Source: Brevibacillus sp.
Lineage (GTDB): Bacteria; Bacillota; Bacilli; Brevibacillales; Brevibacillaceae
Direction: 5' to 3'
Length of the DNA stretch: 64,000 nucleotides
Assembly: GCA_035645495.1 (NCBI GenBank)
Contig: DASQMM010000267.1
Span: forward strand, 1,015-65,014
The position numbers and the translations under genes were made by a program. Positions within the stretch are counted from its first letter, which is position 1; each line of letters begins with the position of its first letter. Below the pieces are notes generated by a model that was given only the letters and a program-made list of their open reading frames with translations, was not told the DNA's origin and did not search any database. Below are positions 42,990-51,500 of the stretch, piece by piece.

Positions 42990-43361
42990 TCATCCATTCA
43001 AATTATTCTCATTTTCATTTGCATCCGACAAAATGATGTTCGTGATCGCCCACTGCGTCGCAGCATCATAATCGCGCAATACAGCTTCCATCTGCAAGCC
43101 TAGTTCTTCTTCCAGACGTTCCCTCAACCTCTTTTTATAGAGAAGGGACATGCGAAAATCTACTTCCAGCTTGAGCGCAGGCGCTTCTCCTTCTAATGCT
43201 GCAGAACGGGGTGAACGCCGATGCTTGGCCTGGAAGGTAATCAGGTTGCCGTCAATCGTTACTCTCAGGAGAGTTGTCCCAAACCCGAACAACTCCTTGG
43301 CTATCTCGTTATAGAGATGAGATAGCTTTTTTCTGCTTTCGCTATTGTCCTGTATAGTCAT
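42990..43361 (-). CDS. DUF2294 / MpsC-like small protein
   Basis: Pattern YNEIAKELFG-G...(D)F....KKRL...LE...G...AVLRDYD recalled for DUF2294; start MTIQD after AGGTGA. Confidence 0.65.
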   Translation of the reverse strand: MTIQDNSESRKKLSHLYNEIAKELFGFGTTLLRVTIDGNLITFQAKHRRSPRSAALEGEAPALKLEVDFRMSLLYKKRLRERLEEELGLQMEAVLRDYDAATQWAITNIILSDANENENNLNG

Positions 43362-43504
43362 GACATCACCTGCAAGATAACTTTTCAGGCTTTCACACCC
43401 CCTCATTATACATATGATAATCACTATTTTCAATAGAATATTCGTATTTTGCTTCTTTTTCTTGTACAGTAGCGCCGTTAATATTCATCTTTTGAAGAAA
43501 GGGT

Positions 43505-43533
43505 TTGACAGATATACATTCTCCATATATAAT
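43505..43533 (+). promoter_or_regulatory. sigmaA promoter of the met ABC operon
   Basis: TTGACA-N17-TATAAT, perfect consensus. Confidence 0.9.
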
Positions 43534-43591
43534 CCAACTAACCAAGTAAGAATATAAGTTTTTTCTTCTTACTAATTTCATATCAACAACA

Positions 43592-43697
43592 TCTCTTATA
43601 GAGAGAGGTAGAGGGACTGGCCCAATGAAACCTCGGCAACCTATCCATGCGGATATGGTGCCAATTCCAGCGGAAATCATTCCGGAAGATAAGAGAG
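43592..43697 (+). ncRNA. SAM-I (S-box) riboswitch
   Basis: CTTAT.GAGAG.GG..GAGGGACTGGCCC.ATGA..CC..GGCAACC...GGTGCCAATTCC...GAAGATAAGAG, upstream of metQNI. Confidence 0.95.
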
Positions 43698-43728
43698 GAA
43701 GCAGCGACTTATTTCGTGTTGTCTAGTG

Positions 43729-43755
43729 ACCTCTTCTTTCAAGAAGAGGTTTTTT
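43729..43755 (+). terminator. S-box expression-platform terminator
   Basis: ACCTCTTCTT-TC-AAGAAGAGGT plus a T run; the 5' arm can alternatively pair with the 3' strand of P1. Confidence 0.85.
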
Positions 43756-43848
43756 GATGTGCAATATGATGTGCAAAGCAAAAAACCTCTGATCTGTGTG
43801 GCTTCACTGTTTCAAATGATATAGACAAAAGAAAAGGGGAGAACTACA

Positions 43849-44673
43849 TTGAAAAAGACAGGTTTTTTGCTCACATCATTTCTGCTCGCTGCCTCATTGC
43901 TGACAGGTTGCGGAGCAAAAGAAGAAGCTGCACCGACAGGAGCAGCCGCTGAACAGACAAAAGTGAAGGTAGGCGTTACCGCAGGACCTCACGAAGAAAT
44001 CATGAACAAGGTAAAAGAAGTAGCGCAAGCAAAGGGACTGGAAGTAGAAGTTGTGGTTTTCAATGACTATGTACAGCCAAACCAGGCGCTCGATAAAGGA
44101 ACCTTGGATGCCAACAGCTTCCAAACCATTCCTTTCCTCGATAAATTCAACGCTGACCACAAGACCAACATCGTCGTGGTTGGCAAAACGGTTACCTATC
44201 CGATGGGACTCTATTCCACCAAACATAAAAATGTAGCCGATGTCCCAGAAGGCGGTGTCGTCGGAATCCAGAACGACCCGACCAACCGTGCCCGTGCCTT
44301 GTTGCTATATGAAGCTGCAGGACTGATCAAACTAAAAGAAGGAGTAGGGGATAATGCTACTCCACTAGATATCATTGAAAATCCGAAAAAGCTGGAGTTC
44401 AAAGAGCTGGAAGCGGCTTTCCTGGCGCGTTCCCTTGGAAATGTTGAATTAGCGAGCATCAATACGAACTTCGCCATGTCTGCCGGCTATTCGCCGAAAA
44501 AAGATGCGATCTTCGCAGAGACTGCTGATTCTCCTTATGTGAACGTAATCGCCGTTAACGAACCCAATAAAGACAACCCTGCCGTTGTAAAACTGGTAGA
44601 AGCTTATCGTTCTGAAGAAGTGAAGAAGTTTATTGAGGAACACTTCGATGGAGCTGTCCTCCCGTCCTGGTAA
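43849..44673 (+). CDS. metQ: Methionine ABC substrate-binding lipoprotein
   Basis: Lipobox LTGC; FNDYVQPN, NDPTNRARAL and INTN motifs. Confidence 0.92.
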   Translation: MKKTGFLLTSFLLAASLLTGCGAKEEAAPTGAAAEQTKVKVGVTAGPHEEIMNKVKEVAQAKGLEVEVVVFNDYVQPNQALDKGTLDANSFQTIPFLDKFNADHKTNIVVVGKTVTYPMGLYSTKHKNVADVPEGGVVGIQNDPTNRARALLLYEAAGLIKLKEGVGDNATPLDIIENPKKLEFKELEAAFLARSLGNVELASINTNFAMSAGYSPKKDAIFAETADSPYVNVIAVNEPNKDNPAVVKLVEAYRSEEVKKFIEEHFDGAVLPSW

Positions 44674-44706
44674 ACAGGAAATTCGCACAGCAAGGAGACT
44701 GGATAG

Positions 44707-45744
44707 ATGATTCAGCTAACAGAGATCCACAAGACGTACAAGGTGGGAAACAAACAGGTTGAAGCCTTGAAGGGCGTATCACTGAACGTAGAGAAAGGTC
44801 AAATTTTCGGAGTAATCGGTTTTAGCGGCGCGGGGAAAAGTACCCTGCTGCGAACGATCAACCTGCTCGAAAAGCCAACAAGCGGCTCAGTAGTCGTCAA
44901 TGGTCAGGATATGCTGTCGCTGAAGGAAAGCGAGCTTCGCCAGGCGCGCAAGAAGATCGGAATTATCTTTCAACACTTCAATTTGCTTTCTTCCTATAAT
45001 GTCTATGACAACGTAGCAGAGATTCTGCGCATGAACAAAGTGCCGAAGGATGTCATTGAGAAGAAAGTGAAAGATTTGCTCCGACTCGTCGGCCTGGAAG
45101 ATAAGGCGAACTCTTATCCCTCCCAGTTGTCCGGGGGTCAGAAGCAGCGCGTCGGGATCGCCCGCGCGCTCGCAACTGATCCGGAAATTCTGCTTTGCGA
45201 CGAAGCGACCTCTGCGCTCGACCCGCAAACCACCGAATCGATCCTGGATCTGCTGCTGGACATCAATCGCCAGTTCAATCTGACTATCGTCCTGATCACG
45301 CATGAGATGCAAGTAATTAAAAAGATTTGTGACCGTGTCGCGATCATGGAAAACGGGCAGGTTATCGAACAGGGCTCCGTGCTGGACGTATTTAGCAATC
45401 CGCAACAACCAACGACGCGCAACTTTATCAAGACGATTTTCGACGATGAAGTTCCCGCAGAGATTTTGTCCAACATCAAACCGAGCGGTCCTGCTGCCAA
45501 AATCCTTCGCGTCGCTTTTCGCGGTGATGCCGCACTCGATCCAGTCCTGGGCAATCTGTCGGCGCGTTTCCCGGTGACGACCAATCTGCTGTACGGTTCG
45601 ATCACGTCCATCAAGGGAACTGCGCTGGGCATTCTGCTTTTGCACATCTCCGGCGAAGAGAAGGCCGTACAGGAAGGCATTGAATTCTTGCGACAATCCG
45701 TATACAAAGTGGATATCGTGACACGAGAGGAGGCAGCCAGATAA
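44707..45744 (+). CDS. metN: Methionine ABC ATPase
   Basis: GFSGAGKS, CDEATSALDP, ITHEM motifs; NIL domain. Confidence 0.94.
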   Translation: MIQLTEIHKTYKVGNKQVEALKGVSLNVEKGQIFGVIGFSGAGKSTLLRTINLLEKPTSGSVVVNGQDMLSLKESELRQARKKIGIIFQHFNLLSSYNVYDNVAEILRMNKVPKDVIEKKVKDLLRLVGLEDKANSYPSQLSGGQKQRVGIARALATDPEILLCDEATSALDPQTTESILDLLLDINRQFNLTIVLITHEMQVIKKICDRVAIMENGQVIEQGSVLDVFSNPQQPTTRNFIKTIFDDEVPAEILSNIKPSGPAAKILRVAFRGDAALDPVLGNLSARFPVTTNLLYGSITSIKGTALGILLLHISGEEKAVQEGIEFLRQSVYKVDIVTREEAAR

Positions 45745-46406
45745 TGGACCGTTTAGTCGAAATGATCCCTTTATTTACCAAATCCTTAGAAGAGACCGTC
45801 ATCATGGTGGGCGTCTCCTTGTTCATTGCTACTGTGATCGGAATTCCTTTGGGCATTTTGCTCGTGGTGACACAGGGCAATCACCTTTTCCCGAACAAGA
45901 CACTCTTTCACATCCTGAATGTGATCATCAACATCGTACGCTCGCTGCCGTTCATCATCCTGATGGTCGCGATTATTCCCTTTACGGAATTGGTCGTCGG
46001 AACCTCAATCGGGATTGAAGGGGCGATCGTCCCATTGATCGTATACACTGCGCCGTACATCGCGCGTCTGATGGAAACAGCGCTGCTGGATGTCGACCGC
46101 GGAGTTATCGAAGCGTACCAAGCGATGGGCGCTTCCCGTACGCAAATCATCTTCCGCATCATGCTGCGCGAAGCCAGACCAGGAATCGTCCTGTGCTTGA
46201 CGATTGCTACCATCGGTCTGATCGGCGCTACCGCGATGGCAGGTGCTGTCGGTGCCGGGGGTCTGGGTGACCTGGCATTGCGTTACGGCTATCAGCAATG
46301 GGACATTGAAGTGATGCTGATCACAGTCGTGATTCTGATCGTGCTGGTTCAGGCCATTCAATCTCTCGGCAACTGGGCAGCGAAAAAATTGAAAAAGAAT
46401 GCCTAG
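45744..46406 (+). CDS. metI: Methionine ABC permease
   Basis: RSLPFIIL and GAGGLG motifs. Confidence 0.93.
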   Translation: MDRLVEMIPLFTKSLEETVIMVGVSLFIATVIGIPLGILLVVTQGNHLFPNKTLFHILNVIINIVRSLPFIILMVAIIPFTELVVGTSIGIEGAIVPLIVYTAPYIARLMETALLDVDRGVIEAYQAMGASRTQIIFRIMLREARPGIVLCLTIATIGLIGATAMAGAVGAGGLGDLALRYGYQQWDIEVMLITVVILIVLVQAIQSLGNWAAKKLKKNA

Positions 46407-46423
46407 TATCCTCATTCCAAGCG

Positions 46424-46454
46424 AAAACCTCTAACCTTGCGTTGGAGGTTTTTT
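46424..46454 (+). terminator. Terminator of the met operon
   Basis: AAAACCTCTAAC...GTTGGAGGTTTTTT. Confidence 0.75.
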
Positions 46455-46554
46455 GCAACGGCAAAATTTTCACGAAATGTTTCATTGTCACGACCTATCA
46501 TATTCGTGTAGACTTATAAGTAAGCTTGACATACAGAGAGGGGCTACCAAAACG

Positions 46555-47010
46555 ATGAAAAAACTCATCATGATACTGGTTGCGTTTATGCTTGTACTTG
46601 CTCCAGCCGGCTTCCAATACGATCATGCCGATGCAAAAGGATACAAGTCAGGCAAAAAATCATTCTCGAATACAACACCAACGAATACACAAACACCTGG
46701 CACGACAAATTCCGGTGTGAACTCTCCAACTAATAAGACGTCTACGCCATCCAACGCTCCTGCAGCCGCTACAACAAACAAAGCGGGCGGTTTCATGGGC
46801 GGCGGCTTTATGAAAGGTCTCATGCTGGGCGGTTTGGCAGGCATGCTGTTTGGCGGCTTGTTCGGCAGCATGGGCGCTCTGGGTGAAATCCTCGGCCTCA
46901 TGATCAACTTGCTGGCTGTCGTGGCGATTGTCGTGCTGATCCGTAAAATCATTGTACATTTCAAAACACAACGCACACAGAAACAGGAACCGAACCCATG
47001 GAAAAGATAA
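46555..47010 (+). CDS. Hypothetical membrane protein (signal peptide, S/T-rich linker, Gly-rich TMs)
   Basis: MKKLIM signal, ADAKGYKSG, GGFMKGLMLGGLAGMLFGG; overlaps the next gene. Confidence 0.8.
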   Translation: MKKLIMILVAFMLVLAPAGFQYDHADAKGYKSGKKSFSNTTPTNTQTPGTTNSGVNSPTNKTSTPSNAPAAATTNKAGGFMGGGFMKGLMLGGLAGMLFGGLFGSMGALGEILGLMINLLAVVAIVVLIRKIIVHFKTQRTQKQEPNPWKR

Positions 47011-47297
47011 CTTTCTCTGAAGAACATCTGATCAACGCCATTTGCATTCACGTGGCGAGTAAAAAACAGATCCAACCCCAGGACGTCGAAGTCGAGCTGA
47101 TGTGGGATGAGGAATACGGCTTTTCTGCAGAGGTGTACTCCTTGGGCAGAAAGCAGGTTTTCATCGAGGTCAACCTGATTGAAGCGATTCGCTACTACCT
47201 GGAGACTCAGATGCAGCTCAACCCTTATACGGCCGGCATCGAGCTGGTTCTGGATGAAGAAGAAGGCATCATGGCGCACGTCACCTATCGAGGCTAA
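46998..47297 (+). CDS. YxcD / DUF2653-like small acidic protein
   Basis: INAIC..A..KQI.PQDVEVELMWD.EYGFSAEV pattern recalled for YxcD. Confidence 0.7.
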   Translation: MEKITFSEEHLINAICIHVASKKQIQPQDVEVELMWDEEYGFSAEVYSLGRKQVFIEVNLIEAIRYYLETQMQLNPYTAGIELVLDEEEGIMAHVTYRG

Positions 47298-47315
47298 CGA
47301 TTGATTCCATCATAG

Positions 47316-47362
47316 AAGCTGTCCCAGAAGGTCATGCAAATGGCCGGGGGACAGCTTTTTTT
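47316..47362 (+). terminator. Intrinsic terminator
   Basis: AAGCTGTCCC...GGGACAGCTTTTTTT. Confidence 0.75.
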
Positions 47363-47541
47363 GATACACCGTTCAAGTCCTCAGCCTGTTGCTTGCCTGA
47401 TTTGTCATTCACGTCCTGCTCGTGAGACTGGACGGTTTTCAGAATGACCTCCCAAAAATCAATACCTGCTAAAACAATAATGTCCCCTGTCGCAGTTTTC
47501 ACTACGAGAGGGGACATCCCAATTATAAGGCTTCCATCAGC

Positions 47542-48543
47542 CTACCATTTTACGTTTTTCAAAATTTCCTCTGCCATTTGAGAAGTGGATTCCAGACCGC
47601 CGCCGGACAGGTACCAGTAGTTTGGATCCAGATAGATCACATTTCCGTCTTTAAACGCTTTTGTGCCTTTTACCAGTTCGTTTTCAACCAGTTGCTTGCC
47701 TGTCGTATCAGCAGCATTGACAACACTGCGATCGATGACGAAAAGATAGTCAGGGTTTTTCTCTGCTACATACTCATAGGATACGCTTTGTCCATGTGTG
47801 GATACTTCGATCTTGTCATCAGCCGGCGCAAATCCAAACACATCATGCAGAATGCCGAAGCGGGAACTTGGACCGTAGGCACTGATTTTTCCTTCGTTCG
47901 TCAGGATAATCAATGCTTTTTTATCTTGGGCTGCTGCTGTTTTCTCTTTCAACTGCTTGATGCTGTCATCGATTTTCGCCAGCTCGGCATCCACTTCAGC
48001 TTCTTTGCCAAAGATGGTTCCGAGTGTCTTCATGTTTTCGGTAAAGGATTCCATGTAATTGGTCGTATCGACACCCAAGAAGATGGTTGGCGCGATTTTG
48101 TTCAGCTCTTCGTAAGCCTCTTGCTGTCTTCCGGAGATTAGAATCACATCTGGCTTCATAGCATTGATTTTTTCAAAATCAGGTTCTTTTAAGCCACCTG
48201 CATTTTTGTATTTGGCATCCTCGTATTTTTTCAGATACGGAGGAATATTGGCTTGCGGTACGCCTGTTACCTCAATACCCAGTCGGTCGAGGGAATCCAA
48301 GACCCCAAAGTCAAAGACCACGACGTTTTGCGGGTTCTTTTTAATCTTTGCTTCACCCAGTTTATGCTTGATGGTCAGTTCCTCCGCTGCTGGAGCTGCT
48401 GCGTTGGTTTGCGGAGCTTCTGCGTTGGTGTTGGCTGCTGGTGCTGGATTTGTCGCTGTATTGGCGGAACCGCATGCAGCTGCAAACACAGCCAGCAATC
48501 CCGTCATCAACAGCATGGTCATTTTTTTCTTCACTTCTATCAC
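47542..48543 (-). CDS. yclQ: Iron-siderophore binding lipoprotein (YclQ/FatB-like)
   Basis: Lipobox AAAC; EPDFEKI, ISGRQ, SRFG, STHG and WYLSGGG motifs. Confidence 0.88.
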   Translation of the reverse strand: MIEVKKKMTMLLMTGLLAVFAAACGSANTATNPAPAANTNAEAPQTNAAAPAAEELTIKHKLGEAKIKKNPQNVVVFDFGVLDSLDRLGIEVTGVPQANIPPYLKKYEDAKYKNAGGLKEPDFEKINAMKPDVILISGRQQEAYEELNKIAPTIFLGVDTTNYMESFTENMKTLGTIFGKEAEVDAELAKIDDSIKQLKEKTAAAQDKKALIILTNEGKISAYGPSSRFGILHDVFGFAPADDKIEVSTHGQSVSYEYVAEKNPDYLFVIDRSVVNAADTTGKQLVENELVKGTKAFKDGNVIYLDPNYWYLSGGGLESTSQMAEEILKNVKW

Positions 48544-48620
48544 CTCTAGGGATTTATGGAATTTTTTTATTTAAAATTATTGCTGACGCTGATAATCGTA
48601 CGCCAACAAAATAATTTTAA

Positions 48621-49379
48621 CTAAGCATAATAGACGCAAATGCGGTTCTCATCGATGTCCTCAATCTGGATGTCCATATCGTAGACATCTTTCAAAATCT
48701 GCGAGTTGATAATCTTGTCAGTCGAACCTTCCTCGATTACCTTGCCATCTTTCAATGCGACGATATAGTCGGAGTAGCAAGAAGCAAAGTTAATATCATG
48801 AATGACGATGACGACGGTCTTGCCCAGCTCATCTACCAGCCGGCGCAGCACTTTCATGATCTGGACCGAGTGCTTCATATCCAGGTTGTTCAACGGCTCA
48901 TCCAAGAGTATGTACTCTGTGTTTTGAGCGATGACCATCGCGATGTAGGCACGTTGTTTTTGTCCGCCACTCAATTGGTCCAGGAATTTGTGCTGGATGT
49001 CCTCCAGCTCCATGTAGCGTATGGCCTCGTCCACATGCATCCAATCCTCTTTGGTGAGGTTTCCTTGCGAGTAAGGGAAACGCCCAAAGCTGACCAGCTC
49101 CCGAATCGTCAAACGGATCGAAATGTGATTCGATTGTTTCAGAATGGAGATCTTTTTCGCCAGCTCCTGACTCTTGGTTTTGCTGATCTCCTGACCCTCC
49201 AACAGAATCTCACCCTGATCCTTCGTCAACAGCCGGCTGATCATGGACAGCAGGGTACTTTTCCCCGCACCATTCGGCCCGATGAAGGACGTGATTTTTC
49301 CCTTGGCAATCTTCAGGGAAACATCTTCCACGACGTATTTGTTGCTGTAGCGTTTTGAGACATTTCTTACTTCTATCAT
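48621..49379 (-). CDS. yclP: Iron-siderophore ABC ATPase
   Basis: GPNGAGKS, DEPLNNLDMKH and HDINFAS motifs. Confidence 0.9.
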   Translation of the reverse strand: MIEVRNVSKRYSNKYVVEDVSLKIAKGKITSFIGPNGAGKSTLLSMISRLLTKDQGEILLEGQEISKTKSQELAKKISILKQSNHISIRLTIRELVSFGRFPYSQGNLTKEDWMHVDEAIRYMELEDIQHKFLDQLSGGQKQRAYIAMVIAQNTEYILLDEPLNNLDMKHSVQIMKVLRRLVDELGKTVVIVIHDINFASCYSDYIVALKDGKVIEEGSTDKIINSQILKDVYDMDIQIEDIDENRICVYYA

Positions 49380-50326
49380 GCTTTATTCTCCTTTAGCAGA
49401 AGATAAATGAAGTAAACCCCGCCGATGAAGTTGACAATGACGCTGATGGTCGTCGAGAACGTAAAGACTCTCTCGACGATCAAGAGACCGCCTACCAATG
49501 CGATGATGCTGATCAACGAAGCGCCGAAAAGCAAGTAAGAGTGCCGGTAGGTCTTCATGAACTGGTAGGCGACGTTGGCGACGAGCAGTCCCAGGAAGGT
49601 GATCGGCCCTACCAACGCGGTGGCAATCGATACGAGAATCGCGATGACAATCAACAGGCGCTTCACAACGTAATCGTAATCGACTCCCAAATTGATCGCG
49701 TCATCCCGCCCCAGTGACAATACATCCAAATACTTCAGGAATGGCCTGAGGTACAAGATGATCGCGATGACTAACACAAAACTGATAACCAGCAAATCGG
49801 TGTTCACATTGTTGAAGCTGGCAAACATTCTGTCCTGCAGGATCATAAATTCATTGGGATCGATCAGCACCTGCAAGAACGATGCGAGACTGTTAAACAG
49901 AGTGCCGAAGATGAGCCCGATCAATAGCAGGAAGTAGATGTTCCTTCCCTCTCGCTTGAACAGCACCTTGTAGAGCAGTGCTGCGAAGAGGATCATCAGA
50001 CCCACCGAGAGAACAAAGTTGAGGTTTTTATCCATCGCCGTCTTGCTCGCCGAGCCCAGGAAAAAGATCACGAAGGTCTGGATAAACATGTAGAGCGAGT
50101 CCAGTCCGATGATGCTCGGCGTCAAAATTCGGTTGTTGGTAATGGTTTGAAAAATAACGGTAGAGATCGCGATGACGCTTCCGGTAAGAATGATCGCCAG
50201 GATCTTCTTAAATCGTCTAGGCAAGACATAATCCCAGTTGCCGCCAGCATCGATCAGCATAAAGATGGCGATCAGGACAATGGCAACGAGTGCGAGAACT
50301 CCAATTTTCGTTTTCATTGCTTTCAT
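49376..50326 (-). CDS. yclO: Iron-siderophore ABC permease
   Basis: FQTITNNRILTPSIIG and GPITFLGL motifs. Confidence 0.88.
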   Translation of the reverse strand: MKAMKTKIGVLALVAIVLIAIFMLIDAGGNWDYVLPRRFKKILAIILTGSVIAISTVIFQTITNNRILTPSIIGLDSLYMFIQTFVIFFLGSASKTAMDKNLNFVLSVGLMILFAALLYKVLFKREGRNIYFLLLIGLIFGTLFNSLASFLQVLIDPNEFMILQDRMFASFNNVNTDLLVISFVLVIAIILYLRPFLKYLDVLSLGRDDAINLGVDYDYVVKRLLIVIAILVSIATALVGPITFLGLLVANVAYQFMKTYRHSYLLFGASLISIIALVGGLLIVERVFTFSTTISVIVNFIGGVYFIYLLLKENKA

Positions 50327-51276
50327 TGTTCATAGGCCCTTCTTCTCATAAGTAAGAAAATGAAAATTCCGCTGCCGATGACGCCTACCATCAAGCCAAT
50401 CGAGATTTCGTATGGAAAAATAATCAGGCGGCCCAGAATGTCACAGAACAGGACAAAGACGGCTCCGAGCAAAGCGGTATGCACAAGGCTCTTTTTCAGG
50501 TTGTCTCCCAGGTAGAGTGTGACGATGTTCGGGATGATCAAGCCGAGAAACGGAATCGTTCCTACCGTGAGAATCACTACGGAGGTGACCATTGCTACAA
50601 TCGTCAATCCGATATTGACAACCTGCTTGTAATTAAGCCCCAGGTTGATGGAAAACTCTTCACCCATCCCGGCAATCGTGAACCTGTTGGCAAACAGATA
50701 GGCAATGATGACGAGCGGGATGCTGATATACAGGATTTCGTAGTTGCCTTTCAAGACCGAAGAGAAATCCCCGTGCAGCCATGAACCGATATTCTGGAGC
50801 AGATCGTACTTGTAGGCAAAAAACGTCGTAATCGAGCCTACGATATTTCCAAACATCAACCCCACCAAGGGAATGAAAATGGTGTCCTTGAACTTTACGC
50901 GATCCAGGATCTTCATAAAAATATAAGTTCCCAAGAGCGCAAAAACGAAAGCGACAAGCAAGCGAAGCAGCGGCGGAGCGTCCGTGAACAGCATCATGGC
51001 GACCAGAATCCCGAAACGCGCCGAGTCCTCCGTCCCCGCAGTCGTCGGAGAGACGAACTTGTTGCGCGTAAGCTGCTGCATGATCAGACCTGCAATACTC
51101 ATGCTGATCCCGGCAATGATAATGCTGACTAACCGCGGAATGCGACTGATCCACAAGATTTGCGTGGACTCTTCTGTCAAGTCAAACAAATCCAGCGGCG
51201 ATATGTCCTTGACCCCGATAAACAGGGAGACAAAGGATAATAGGATAAGCGTTACAAGCAGGTATCTAAGCTTCAT
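50323..51276 (-). CDS. yclN: Iron-siderophore ABC permease
   Basis: SRIPRL, MQQLTRNKFVSPTTAG and PFLGLIIPN motifs. Confidence 0.88.
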   Translation of the reverse strand: MKLRYLLVTLILLSFVSLFIGVKDISPLDLFDLTEESTQILWISRIPRLVSIIIAGISMSIAGLIMQQLTRNKFVSPTTAGTEDSARFGILVAMMLFTDAPPLLRLLVAFVFALLGTYIFMKILDRVKFKDTIFIPLVGLMFGNIVGSITTFFAYKYDLLQNIGSWLHGDFSSVLKGNYEILYISIPLVIIAYLFANRFTIAGMGEEFSINLGLNYKQVVNIGLTIVAMVTSVVILTVGTIPFLGLIIPNIVTLYLGDNLKKSLVHTALLGAVFVLFCDILGRLIIFPYEISIGLMVGVIGSGIFIFLLMRRRAYEQ

Positions 51277-51325
51277 AGTTCTTCCCCGAAATTCCACGGT
51301 ATTTTGATATGCTCCCCGTTAATAA

Positions 51326-51362
51326 AGAGAGTCATTATCAGTAATAGCGATATTCATTCTCA
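51326..51362. promoter_or_regulatory. Two Fur boxes
   Basis: Minus strand TGAGAATGAATATCG (51348-62) and TGATAATGACTCTCT (51326-40) match the 7-1-7 TGATAATnATTATCA consensus. Confidence 0.75.
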
Positions 51363-51453
51363 ATTAAGATCTTACAGTAGTTATATTAGCACTTTCAAAT
51401 AAGATGTTAAAGTCTTTTTTTCGATTCCAGCCCATTTGGTCACAAATCATCAT

Positions 51454-51492
51454 GAAAACAGCCACTACCAGCATGAGGCAGTGGCTGTTTTC
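51454..51492 (-). terminator. Terminator of the tubulin/GTPase operon
   Basis: GAAAACAGCCACT...AGTGGCTGTTTTC 13-bp stem directly after the stop at 51501. Confidence 0.75.
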
Positions 51493-51500
51493 CGTTCTCT

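Noticed and set aside
47332-47517. 61-aa minus-strand ORF (GGGAGG followed by an in-frame CTG inside it)
   Set aside because: Begins and ends within terminator hairpins; no recognisable family; insufficient support
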